Source: Leucoraja ocellata
Lineage: Eukaryota
Reading direction: 5' to 3'
DNA length: 64,000 bases
NCBI GenBank assembly: GCA_036785375.1
Contig: JAWMAR010000388.1
Coordinates: 1,984,001 to 2,048,000, forward strand
In this document: positions 1 through 10,709 of the stretch, in pieces
Layout: the number at the start of each line of letters is the position of its first letter
Position numbering within the stretch: the stretch's first letter is position 1
Translations under genes and position numbers: made by a program
Notes under the pieces: generated by a model
What the model was told of the DNA's origin: nothing
What the model saw: only the letters and a program-made list of their open reading frames with translations
The model's database searches: none

Positions 1-465
1 TTTATGAGGAGGAACGTTGAGGGAATACGTGAAGAACCCCGCCTACGGCGCATGCGTGTCATTCTTCAAAGCAGCGGTGTGAGGTCACAGATACACAATA
101 ATGACCTAAGATAGTAAGATTATTAAAGAGATACCAGTTTAAGATATGACCATATAAGGGTGGGAGCGGAGGGCACGTATTCCCTCAATGTTCCTCCTCA
201 TAAAATAAAGATCAAACTTCAAACTGGTAAGTTCTCGTTTAATCTTACTATTTTACTTCGGAGTCACGTGAGTGACTTCGTGAAGACTTCAAAGCTCTGT
301 GACCTCATGCCGTGGAACGAGTCCAATCTTCACAACTGCCTTGGTAGTTTGGGAGAAATTGTTACTGGTATTTAAAAAAAAATACAATCATACCAACATT
401 TTAAACAAAATTGTAAATAATATTTATTAAATCAATTTATAAACCTTATAAGCTTCAGGTGTAAA

Positions 466-1413
466 TTAAATAGAACTCAAAATTTTGCCCGAAAACATTT
501 CTTCTTTTCTAACTGGTTTGTTGTAATATGTGCGAAACGTTTTCTCTGATGACCATCCTGCAGTTCTGAGGATTTTGTCCATCGGTACCTCCAGGCGATT
601 AGCTGCTGATGTAGATGCAGCCCTGGTGGAGTGAGATTTGAATACATTAGTGTCCACTCCTGCCTGAACTAAGCAATATCTCAGCCACCGTGAAATGGTC
701 TGAGTCGAGACTTTATGGTATGGCTTCTTATGGCTAATTAAAAGAGCCTTTTCATTGCCTCTGATAGCCTTAGTTCTGTCCATATATAACATGATGTGTT
801 TCACTACACAGAGGCGTTCATCCTGCGGATAGGCTATGAACTCTATCACCTGACCCGCTGATCCTGGTCTATTTTGCTTAATAAGGCCCTGGATCACGAA
901 AATCAACCTTCCTGTCGCCTCAGTCAAGTTATCCAATCTTAACTTCTGTAATGACTGGACCCTTTGCGCTGTGACCAGCGCCATAAGCATAACCATTTTC
1001 ATAGTTAGATAGTTGAGCGGTAATGCCGTAGCCGGTGACCAATTCCGTAACATTGTTAGGACTACGCTCACATCCCAGATTTGGCTATATCTAGCCCTTG
1101 GTGGGTTTGTGTTAAAGATGCCTCGTAGCAGTTTTATTACTAGAGGATGTGAGCCCACACCCTGTCTTTCTGTGCCTTCCCATAAATAACTGGACAAGGC
1201 ACTCCTAGCACTATTGACCGTGCTGTAACTGAGTCCTTCATAGTGCAGGCTTGTGAGGAATTCTAGGACAGCTGGAATATCCACCTTTCTGTGGTCTAGA
1301 TTGTTATCCAGGCAGTATTTAGTCCATTTCTTGATATGACATAAATATTGTTTTTGAGTGGAAAGTCTCTGTGCTGCTGTGATCATGTCCACAGTTCTAT
1401 CAGATAAACCCAT
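466..1413 (-). CDS. DIRS tyrosine recombinase (315 aa)
   Basis: Catalytic residues: AQRVQ (R), K, HSTR, AGW, FRTYY. Confidence 0.95.
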   Translation of the reverse strand: MGLSDRTVDMITAAQRLSTQKQYLCHIKKWTKYCLDNNLDHRKVDIPAVLEFLTSLHYEGLSYSTVNSARSALSSYLWEGTERQGVGSHPLVIKLLRGIFNTNPPRARYSQIWDVSVVLTMLRNWSPATALPLNYLTMKMVMLMALVTAQRVQSLQKLRLDNLTEATGRLIFVIQGLIKQNRPGSAGQVIEFIAYPQDERLCVVKHIMLYMDRTKAIRGNEKALLISHKKPYHKVSTQTISRWLRYCLVQAGVDTNVFKSHSTRAASTSAANRLEVPMDKILRTAGWSSEKTFRTYYNKPVRKEEMFSGKILSSI

Positions 1414-1430
1414 ATGCCGAAATGGTTCCT

Positions 1431-1865
1431 TCAGAGTCTACAAACCAATAAATTGAGATAATTATGGCAAGGATGGCTGTCCCCAGTCACCGGATGCACC
1501 AGCAACTGAGGACTATGTCTTAAAGTAATATATGGTGTAAGCACCAAATCCTGCAGCACCGAGAACCATGGTTGGGTAGGCCAATCAGGTACTATGAGAA
1601 TCCCAGATGCCGAGTCTAGCTGAATTTTCCGTAGTACCCGATTGATGAGGCAGAAAGGAGGAAATGCATAAATGAACCATTTCCCCCAGTGCAAAGAGAA
1701 TGCATCTGTAGCTTCTGCCTCAGGATCTGGTTCCCATGATATATACCTTGGTAACTGATGATTTAACCTGGATGCAAAAAGATCAATATCCGGCCTTCCG
1801 TACTTTGCTGTGATATCAGCAAATATCGTTCTGTCTAACATCCATTCCGTATTTTCATTAAATTT
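1431..1865 (-). CDS. DIRS DNA N6-adenine methyltransferase-like domain (in-frame continuation of RT ORF after one TGA)
   Basis: DLFASRLN and YAFPPF motifs; same frame as RT (ADARS*KFNENTEWMLDR). Confidence 0.85.
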   Translation of the reverse strand, partial: KFNENTEWMLDRTIFADITAKYGRPDIDLFASRLNHQLPRYISWEPDPEAEATDAFSLHWGKWFIYAFPPFCLINRVLRKIQLDSASGILIVPDWPTQPWFSVLQDLVLTPYITLRHSPQLLVHPVTGDSHPCHNYLNLLVCRL

Positions 1866-3458
1866 TCATGACCTGGCGTCTGCCACTGAATTAAGTATCC
1901 CTGGTAGATACGTAGCCGATAACCAAATATTCCTTTGGATACACCATTCCCAAATATGGTTTGCCAATTCATCACAGGATGTTGATATATTTCCACCCAT
2001 ATGATTTATATATGCCACCACCGTGGTATTGTCTATCTGCAATCTAACATGCTGGTTAATCATTCCCGAGCAATAAGATTTTAAACCATAAAAAGCACTC
2101 AACATTTCTAAGTAATTTATATCCTTTGTGGTAAGTAGGTTAGTTTCCTGTATATTCCATCTCCCTCCAGAGCTCGAGATGGTATCCGTTGCTCCCCAAC
2201 CCAGTGCACTGGCATCTGTTTGTAATACCACAGATGGGTTTGGAATAACTATTGGGTTGGAGCTATATATAACATTTTGTTCCCACCATTGTAGTTCTTT
2301 TATAGCTCTTATTGTTAGCTCCATAGGCCTATCAAAATGGCCTCTATTAATTTTTAGTGCTCTAATTTTTTCTCTCTGTAAATTTTGGTAATGCAATCGT
2401 CCAAATTGAATGGCAGGAAACGTGGCTATAATTTTCCCAATAATCCTGGCTACCCGTCTAATGGATGGTTTAACGGTATTAATAAGCTCTGTGCAATCCT
2501 TTTGGAACTCAGTGGCTTTCCCTATAGGTAAAGTCACTAACATATCAAGTGTGTTAATAGTGAACCCCAAGTAATCAATATTAGTTGCAGGTGTTAATCT
2601 TGACTTAATTGGATGGATAATGAATCCCAGCTGTTCCATCAATTGTCTTGTGGCAACCACTGCTCTACTAGCCAATTCATAAGTTTTCCCCACAATCAAG
2701 ATATCATCCAAATATGCCATCACTCTATAGTTTTGTTGTCTAAGAAATGCCAAAGCTGGTTTAAGAATTTTTGTGAATAATCTAGGGGCTGACGTTAGCC
2801 CGTTTGGTAGCGCCTTGTATTGCCAAAGCTGACCCATCCAATTAAATTTCAAAAACCGTCTGTGTTCGTCTCTGATGGGTACCGTATAGTAAGCATCTTG
2901 CAGATCAATACTTGCCATAAAGTAGCCTGCCGACACTAGCTCTGTAGCAGTACTAAAAGTATCCATTTTAAAATGAGCATATTGTACAAACTTATTAAGT
3001 GTTGATAAATCAATAATTATCCGGCAACCCCCATCTTTCTTATGTCTAATGAATATATTTGAGACAAATTCCTGTTGTTCATGTTTGGTTTTTTCAATTA
3101 CTCCTTTAGTGAACAACCTTTGTATTTCAATTTTAGCTTTAGCTCTGTCTAATTTGGTAAGCATATAAGTTCTGTCCGGTGTATGTTGTACTGGAGGTTC
3201 TTGTATGTGTATAAACTCTATAAGATATCCCTTAATACTGCTAAGGATATACCTATCCACAGTTAACTTACACCATGCTTCCAAATGAAATTGCAACCTC
3301 CCTCCAAGTTCTGTGCTCCTTATTAATTTTTGAGGCACAGACCCACCTACCTCCATGGTTATCGGTGGTGTTACTTTCTTGGTCTTAACCGAGGTTGCGG
3401 AGGGCCTTGAGGTTGAAAGTGGGGTAAATGTTGAAGTGGAGGCTTCCGCATTTTCCAT
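1866..3458 (-). CDS. DIRS reverse transcriptase + RNase H
   Basis: IDLQDAY, LPNGLTSAPRLF, YLDD; RNase H LQTDASALGWG, INYLE, IDN, NSVADARS. Confidence 0.95.
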   Translation of the reverse strand: MENAEASTSTFTPLSTSRPSATSVKTKKVTPPITMEVGGSVPQKLIRSTELGGRLQFHLEAWCKLTVDRYILSSIKGYLIEFIHIQEPPVQHTPDRTYMLTKLDRAKAKIEIQRLFTKGVIEKTKHEQQEFVSNIFIRHKKDGGCRIIIDLSTLNKFVQYAHFKMDTFSTATELVSAGYFMASIDLQDAYYTVPIRDEHRRFLKFNWMGQLWQYKALPNGLTSAPRLFTKILKPALAFLRQQNYRVMAYLDDILIVGKTYELASRAVVATRQLMEQLGFIIHPIKSRLTPATNIDYLGFTINTLDMLVTLPIGKATEFQKDCTELINTVKPSIRRVARIIGKIIATFPAIQFGRLHYQNLQREKIRALKINRGHFDRPMELTIRAIKELQWWEQNVIYSSNPIVIPNPSVVLQTDASALGWGATDTISSSGGRWNIQETNLLTTKDINYLEMLSAFYGLKSYCSGMINQHVRLQIDNTTVVAYINHMGGNISTSCDELANHIWEWCIQRNIWLSATYLPGILNSVADARS

Positions 3459-4873
3459 TGTGGGCGTCCCGGGCCAACCCCTAAAAAAGGACGCTGTTGC
3501 TGGTTACCTCTGGCCTCTCTCCAATTTTTCGTACTATACATATTAGTACTTGCTTTTTTAGTCGTCCCATAAGGATGATACCGTTTTCCGAGATATCCTT
3601 TGGTCGCTTTTATTAGGCCCAAAGTTTTGGCCTCTTCCTCCAAATCTTTGACCTGTTTTGATAGGTCACCCCCAAACAACAAATTTTGAGGTTTTATGGC
3701 TTTCTGTTTGCACAGGATTGCAAATTTTGGGTCTAACGCTGGCTGAATAGCCCCTTTCCTGATGTTGTTCAGTTCAAATTGAACATTGCAAAACAGTGCT
3801 AAAGCGTCTTTCATGTCATTGGACATATCCACATTTTCCAGCGTACGGGCCAAAGCTGTTATACCCGCCGAGAGTCCTTTAATAGCGTTCTGTATTTTGA
3901 TATCCAGACTCCGAATATCCTGCCCCACGTGTCTCCAAATGCTTCGGTTCACCTTGGGTACATTCAGAGCCGCACAATTTCGCGGAGGTAAATGTCTTGC
4001 CCATACCTCAGCTAAGGTATTAGTTTTGAGGTGATGGGTCGTCATATAATCAATGCTGGCAGCCATCCTGGCCTCTAGGTCTTTTCCAGTTTCTTCTTGC
4101 TGGAAATATGTGCCCACCATGTCCAGCAACTGTGTTCCCTCATCCTCCATATGGGAACGTGGCTCTGACTCTTGTTCAGAGTCTGAGTCAGGCAGCCCTT
4201 GAACACCCTCTTCAGATGAGGATGATATGTCCAGCAGCCTTTTCTGGCCATGCTCTGAGGGACTTACACCTGTATGCGTGCGGCTTTTATCCATTTTCTG
4301 GAGCCTGACACTATGGAGATGTTCCTCCCACAACCGCTCCAGCCGACTTTCGTGCTCTCCCGCACTAGTCGCTCGCGGGTGTTTCTTTTTAGCCCACCGC
4401 TCCTGCCGACTTTCGTGCCCTCGGGCACTAGTCGCACGCGGTTTAAATCGCAACTCGTCGCCATGCCTACCGGCTCTGGTTGCTCCCGGCCGCTGCAAAT
4501 GCCGTTGTTCGCCGTCCCGGTACTCCTCCGTACATATTGATGACGGCCCCACATGCTGCAGCCACTCGTACTGTTTTCCGAGCTCTGCAGATGCGGTCGC
4601 TGCTGGCTGCTCCATGCCCTGCAGCTGGTCATCATCACTGCTATACAAGTAAGTATTTACCGGCGACTTTTCGGGCTCACTTTCACAGCGGTTCGTTTTG
4701 CGTTTCGCCTTCCCGCCCGGTCTAGAATTAGTTTTTCCCGGCGCGGGGTTTGAATCTGGCACAGCTGTCTCAATGGAAACTGCCTGTGCCGTCGGCTGCT
4801 GCTGCGGGTCCCCGGCACCTTTACCGCCGACATCCTGCAGCTTCTTCACAGCCTTTCTGCGTCCTCTATCCAT
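3371..4873 (-). CDS. DIRS ORF1 gag-like protein (500 aa)
   Basis: First ORF of the element; motifs PRNCAALNVPKVNRSIW and LLFGGDL typical of DIRS gag; overlaps the RT ORF start. Confidence 0.8.
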   Translation of the reverse strand: MDRGRRKAVKKLQDVGGKGAGDPQQQPTAQAVSIETAVPDSNPAPGKTNSRPGGKAKRKTNRCESEPEKSPVNTYLYSSDDDQLQGMEQPAATASAELGKQYEWLQHVGPSSICTEEYRDGEQRHLQRPGATRAGRHGDELRFKPRATSARGHESRQERWAKKKHPRATSAGEHESRLERLWEEHLHSVRLQKMDKSRTHTGVSPSEHGQKRLLDISSSSEEGVQGLPDSDSEQESEPRSHMEDEGTQLLDMVGTYFQQEETGKDLEARMAASIDYMTTHHLKTNTLAEVWARHLPPRNCAALNVPKVNRSIWRHVGQDIRSLDIKIQNAIKGLSAGITALARTLENVDMSNDMKDALALFCNVQFELNNIRKGAIQPALDPKFAILCKQKAIKPQNLLFGGDLSKQVKDLEEEAKTLGLIKATKGYLGKRYHPYGTTKKASTNMYSTKNWREARGNQQQRPFLGVGPGRPQWKMRKPPLQHLPHFQPQGPPQPRLRPRK

Positions 4874-5052
4874 TCCTAAAAAACGGTGAAAATGCAGAAT
4901 TACTTACCTGCCGTCGACCGGCTTTTTAACTCTCCCGTTCAAGGGGACATCCTCCCCAGGTCCGACACGTTCAACGCGTGTATGCGATATGACACGCATG
5001 CGCCGTAGGCGGGGTTCTTCACGAAGTCACTCACGTGACTCCGAAGTAAAAT

Positions 5053-6590
5053 CTCCCCTAGTCCTATATACCTGCGCTCAGATCATAACCCTCCATTCCC
5101 TTCCCATCCATATAACTATCCAATTTATTTTTAAATGATAAAAACGAACCTGCCTCCACCACCTTCACTGGAAGCTCATTCCACACAGCTACCACTCTCT
5201 GAGTAAAGAAGTTCCCCCTCATGTTACCCCTAAACTTCAGTCCCTTAATTCTCAAGTCATGTCCCCTTGTTTGAATCTTCCCTACTCTCAGTGGGAAAAG
5301 CTTTTCCATGTCAACTCTGTCTATCCCTCTCATCATTTTAAAAACCTCTATCAAGTCCCCCCTTAACCTTCTGCGCTCCAAAGAATAAAGCCCTAACTTG
5401 TTCAACCTTTCTCTGTAACGTAGTTGCTGAAACCCAGGCAACATTCTAGTAAATCTCCTCTGTACTCTCTCTATTTTGTTGACATCCTTCCTATAATTAG
5501 GCGACCAAAATTGTACACCATACTCCAGAATTGGCCTCACCAATGCCTTGTACAATTTTAACATTACATCCCAACTTCTATACTCAATGCTCTGATTTAT
5601 AAAGGCCAGCACACCAAAAGCTTTCTTTACCACCCTATCTACATGAGATTCCACTTTCAGGGAACTGTGCACAGTTATTCCCAGATCCCTCTGTTCACCT
5701 ACATTCTTCAATTCCCTACCAATTACCATGTACGTCCTATTTTGATTTGTCCTGCCAAGATGTAGCACCTCACACTTATCAGTATTAAACTCCATCTGCC
5801 ATCTTTCAGCCCACTCTTCCAACTGGCATAAATCTCTCTCTAGACTTTGAAACTCTACTTCATTACCCACAACCCCACCTATCTTAGTATCATCTGCATA
5901 CTTACTAATCCAATTTACCACACCATCATCCAGATCATTGATGTACATGACAAACAACAGTGGACCCAACACAGATCCCTGTGGCACCCCACTCGTCACT
6001 GGCCTCCAACCTGACAAACAACCATCCACCATTACTCTCTGGCATCTCCCATTCAGCCACTGTTGAATCCATCTTGCTACTCCACCATTAATACACAACC
6101 ATTGAACCTTCTTAACCAACCTTCCATGAGGAACCTTGTCAAAGGCCTTACTGAAATCCATATACACAACATCCACTGCTTTACCCTCATCAATTTCCCG
6201 AGTAACATCTTCAAAAAATTCAAGAAGATTAGTTAAACATGACCTTCCAGGCACAAATCCATGTTGACTGTTCCTAATCAGACCCTGTTTATCCAGATGC
6301 TTATATATATTATCTCTAAGTATTCTTTCCATTAATTTGCCCACCACTGACGTCAAACTAACAGGTCTATAATTGCTAGGTTTACTCTTAGACCCCTTTT
6401 TAAACAATGGAACAACATGCGCAGTACGCCAATCCTCCGGCACTATTCCCGTTTCTAATGACATTTGAAATATTTCTGCCATAGCCCCTGCTATTTCTAC
6501 ACTAACTTCCCTCAATGTCCTAGGGAATATCCTGTCCGGACCTTGAGACTTATCCACTTTTATATTTTTCAAAAGTGTCAGTACTCTGGT
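5053..6590 (-). mobile_element. CR1 LINE, 5'-truncated, open RT region
   Basis: ORF 5064-6572 with [45 protein letters not shown]. Confidence 0.95.
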
Positions 6591-6735
6591 ACTTTATTGC
6601 CACATGTTTAAATTATAATATTTTATTTTTAATTGTCTACTGTATATCATGTTTTTATCCTTGCAAGCAAAGCCTCAAGGCAAGTTCCTTGCACATCCTT
6701 GGCTGATAAAATTATATTGATTATTATTATTCTAG

Positions 6736-6892
6736 GTTGACAGATGAACAGAAGCAGCTACTGACTGCACTGGCACTGCTGGAGGAGCAGCTCAGCCAGA
6801 CACGGCTGGAGCTGCAGGCTGCACGTGTGGCACAGAAGGACATGGACTCCAGCATGCAAGCTTTGGAAAGCAGACTGAAAAGTATGACTGAT
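6736..6892 (+). pseudogene. Internal coding exon, coiled-coil, probably from the same SUN-domain gene as 9946-10059
   Basis: ttctAG acceptor, GTAAGT donor, open frame LTDEQKQLLTALALLEEQLSQTRLELQAARVAQKDMDSSMQALESRLKSMTD with heptad pattern; SUN assignment is by proximity only. Confidence 0.55.
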
Positions 6893-7299
6893 GTAAGTTT
6901 TCCCAAATAGTTTTTTATTTAACTGTAAAAGGCCAAAACTTACCACTTCTTCTGCCTTGGAGATGATCAAAGAGATTGAGGTGAAGAGGAAAGTGTGGAA
7001 AGTATCTTGCCCTCTTCCCTCCCCTTCTTTAACACTCAACTCCCACTCTCCCCCTCCCTCTCTACTGCGTTCTTCCCTTTCTCTCACTGTCTCTTCTTTT
7101 CCCCCTCTGCTCCTTTCCCTGTGTTCACGACGTGGCCTCCTCTACACTGGAGAAACCAAACAGACGTTGGGTTTCTACTTTGCGGAGGACCTGTGTTCGA
7201 TCCATGGGCCACTGCTGAGCTGCCTGCAATTGGGTTAGCTTGTTTTTAAAATCTCTATCCAAAAGTAGAGGGCATGTCCATGCTGACCTGCCAGACATG

Positions 7300-8045
7300 T
7301 CTTGTCTGAAAAGCGTCTCCACCGGAAACGTCACCCATTCTTTCTCTCCAGTGATGCAGCCTGTCCCGTTGTCTATCTACGGTTTAAACCAGCATCTGCC
7401 GTTCCTTCCTAGACATGTCTTCTTGCTCTGCATTTTACAACTGCTACAATCTTTTGTCTATTTATCTTATCACCTAACCGCTCCTATTCACTCCTAGACC
7501 AGATAACTTTGTGTGCAGCTTATCCCCATGGTCACCTGCTTTTACACTAGCAGAGCCATCCACCCACCTGTGCAGCTTAACAAGTTTCTTTTGTCACCTC
7601 CCCAGTTCTGACGAAGGGTCTTTGACTTGACACATGAATTCTGTTTCTCTGGCTACAGATGCAGCCTGACCCAAGTGCTCCCAGCATTTTGTTTTTCAGA
7701 TTTATTCCATCTGCAGTTTTCACGCATTTATTCTAACTTATTTTTCTATATGACTGCCACCTTTCAGTCCATGTTAGCACACTTCCTCCAATATCTTGGG
7801 CTCTTCATTTTTTTGCAGCAGCCTCATATGTGGCAAATGCCTTTTGGAGATCTAAATACACACTACATTTACAGGAGATAGACACTAAACGCTGGAGTAA
7901 CTCAGCGGGTCAGACAGCATCTCTGGAGAAAACAAATAGAAAAGTCCTTTTCTCCAGAGATGCTATCTGAGCCGCTAAGTTACTCCAGCTTATTGTGTCT
8001 ATCTTTGGTTTAAACCAGCATTTGCAGTTCCTTCCTACTACATTT
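7300..8045. repeat. Cluster of short Penelope-terminal-repeat-like (MER6-like) dispersed repeats
   Basis: Shared motifs ctggagtaactcagcggg..cagcatctctggag, cagcatctgcagttccttc, ctga.gaagggtc; 7876-8036 is self-complementary and flanked by the repeat actacatttaca. Confidence 0.65.
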
Positions 8046-9029
8046 ACACATTTCCCTTATCAACTCCCTATCACATCCTGTCAAATTTTGTCACACATGA
8101 TTTTCAATAAACCATGTCGGCTACATTTGATTAGATGCAGCTGACCAAATGATCAGTTATTTCCTCTTGCGAACTATGAGTGCTGGATGAATTAGAATCA
8201 AAGGGTGATACAGTGTGGAAACAGACCCTTCGGCCCATCTCGCCCACACCCGCCAACATGTCCCAGCTACACTGGTCCCACCTGCCTGCGTTTGGTCCAT
8301 ATCCCTCCAAACCTGTCCTATCCATGTACCTGTCAATTGACCTATAGTTCCCAGCTTCTGTTTTACGTGCTGGGAGACCAGGTGAATCTCGCTCACAGCC
8401 TCTTCTTCTGCTGGTCCAGGTGCCCAGTAAATGTGAGTTCTGCTTCCAACAACCATTCAGGCAGTGACCTTGGCCCTCTCCCCCTCTCCCTCTCAGCAGC
8501 TGCAGCAGACCCACTGCCTTCCAGATAGAGAACCACATCCCTGGTGATGACCCGGCCTCGGTTCCCTCTGCTCATCGGGCGCCGACTCCACGCTGTACCG
8601 AATCACCTCCGAGTCAAGCGGCGCACTGGGCTGGAGGAGAGAGCGAGATGCATTAGTGTGAGGCTTGGGCCGTGGGCTTGAATCGGCCCGTTCACGGGGT
8701 CTTTCATCGGCCGGCGGAGGCTTCATCATCGGGAGCCTTGATCGCCTCGATGCAGCAGTTTGATTTTAAGCCGCGACGGGCGCTGAAAGGCCCCGCAAAT
8801 GGGCCGATTCAGCCCTTAGAAAGTGGCTGATAAAGTCTGGATAACAAAACATGGGGGGATTGTCCCCCACCTCTCAAAGCACGAGTCCCCCCTTGTATCC
8901 CCCAGGATTTCCGCCCCTGCACCAAGAGATCAGACGGACTCAGTAAGTTCTCTCACATGTGTCTTTTGCTGAAGATTAAATATGTTTGGCAAGTATGTCA
9001 GGAGTTTGTGATTTGCAAATAGCGCATTG

Positions 9030-9570
9030 TGTAAGAAGGAAATGTTGATGCTGCAGATGCTTTATGCCGCAGATGAACACAAAATGCAGGAGTAACTCAG
9101 TGGGACAGGCAGCATCTTTGGAGAGAAGGAATGGGAGGAGTTACGGTTTGAGACCCTTCTTCAGACTCGTATTATCGCAAATATCGTATTGACTGGAACA
9201 AATGACAAGTTACAAATAGAAAATTGTAAATCTGCAGGTGATGGAGGACTGAAACACAATGCTAGAAATACTCGGGTCAGGCAGCAGGTGCGCAGAGATA
9301 CTTTTTAAAATTGACCATTCATGCAATCTGGTCAAGGATAAAGATGTTTTCAGATGCAAAGATAGGGAAACCGAGGAGAGCTGGATCGGTGGCTGATCTA
9401 CTTGAAGCATCTACATCAAACTTGCTGAACCAATCCAGATTACAGATTATAGAAACAAGAATCTGCAGATGCTGGTTTACTGAGGAAAGACACAACATGC
9501 TGGAGTAACTCAGCAGGTCAGGCAGGTCCAGGAATGCTGGCGACCCACTGAGTTACTCCAGCATTTTATC
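9030..9570 (-). repeat. Two more copies of the same short repeat family
   Basis: aaggaa..gcagatgc..ggagtaactcag..gagacccttcttcagac. Confidence 0.65.
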
Positions 9571-9945
9571 TTTCCAGAATAGAAGTTTATTTTTCATGGC
9601 CACATTATTCACAATTTGTCAGTTGCCACAAAGCAAGCCTGTGTAAGTAAGCATGTTCTCTCCCCATCCACGATGCTACATGCAGTAATGCTGTTGCTCC
9701 CAGTATTTAGCTGCTGTCATTTGAGATCCATGTTCTTCTCATACCTCTAAAGCATCGACCTTTTCCATGATAAAATGCTTGTTATCAATGCTGTATGTAA
9801 TTGAATAGAATGTTCTGAAATCCATGATCAGTAGGATGTTTTAAGTCTGGTTTGAAGTTAATCCATCTTCTCTCCTGCCTGCAGTACTTTCATACTGAAG
9901 CACAGGTTCCCTGATCTGTCGTCATTTTTTTTTTTTGCTTTGTAG

Positions 9946-10059
9946 AATAAAGATGCTGCAGCAGTCAAACTAATTGAACTGCGGGTGCATAACAACTGGG
10001 GCCATCCAGAATACACTTGCCTCTACTGGTTCCGTGTCCACGGAGAAGGAGCGATGTGA
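9946..10059 (+). pseudogene. Terminal exon of a SUN-domain (SUN1/SUN2-like) nuclear envelope protein
   Basis: Poly-T/TGTAG acceptor; NKDAAAVKLIELRVHNNWGHPEYTCLYWFRVHGEGAM* matches the SUN C-terminal motif NWGHPEYTCLYRFRVHG; ATTAAA near 10197. Confidence 0.9.
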
Positions 10060-10329
10060 TTCTGGAGGTCAGCTACCCCGCGCTGTGCAACACTAACAAC
10101 CTTGACGTAATCTCAATTCAAAGTTGATTTCCTGCAACAAGGTCAATTTCTGTCATAAATGTTAATAGTGTTTTAAAATATTGATCATTATTTTATATTA
10201 AATATATTTAGAATGATCCTTAATTTGAATGTTTATCATTTACGGTGGGAGAGGGGGAGTGTGGGGAGAAGGGTGTGTGAGGGAGGGGGTGGGGGGAAGG
10301 GTGTGTGGCTACTGTTTTAAGGCCTGCAT

Positions 10330-10625
10330 ATAACTCCCATCAGGGTATTCTCACCCTTGCAGTTTCTTAACTCTACCTTCCTCATCTTCTGATCTTATGT
10401 CATCCCTTGATTGAATTTCATGTCTGTACCAGCAGAGCCACCCCACTCTCTCTGCCCACCTGCCTGTCTTGATAGGATGTGTATCCTTGCATGTTTAGCT
10501 CGCAGCTCTGACCCTCTTTCAGCCAAGTCTCCGTGATGCCTACATCGTACCAACCAATTTTGAACGATGAGCTCATCCACCTTGTTGCGTACACTGTGTG
10601 CATTCAATTACAATGTTTTTACTTG
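10330..10625 (-). mobile_element. CR1 endonuclease-domain fragment
   Basis: NAHSVRNKVDEL / YDVGITETWL / QDRQVGRESGVALLV across frames. Confidence 0.8.
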
Positions 10626-10709
10626 TATAGTAATAGACAATTGGTGGGGGAATTGTGTCTTATTGCCAATTGTCCGTTATAACTGAGTATGGCATTATCA
10701 TTGTACGTA

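Larger units (their letters stand above)
1..5052 (-). mobile_element. DIRS1-type tyrosine-recombinase retrotransposon, near full length (extreme 3' end lies just before window start)
   Basis: Minus-strand gag, RT-RNaseH-MTase and YR ORFs. 28-62 is the reverse complement of 4989-5023. Internal complementary region ~175-287 pairs with 1-30 and with 5016-5052. Confidence 0.95.

Noticed and set aside
466-1841. Phage integrase plus Dam methylase suggesting prophage or bacterial contamination
   Set aside because: Both are normal DIRS1 domains, linked to gag/RT and the ITR-ICR structure.
3786-4889. Multiple overlapping ORFs antisense to DIRS gag
   Set aside because: Expected shadow ORFs in GC-rich coding sequence; no motifs.
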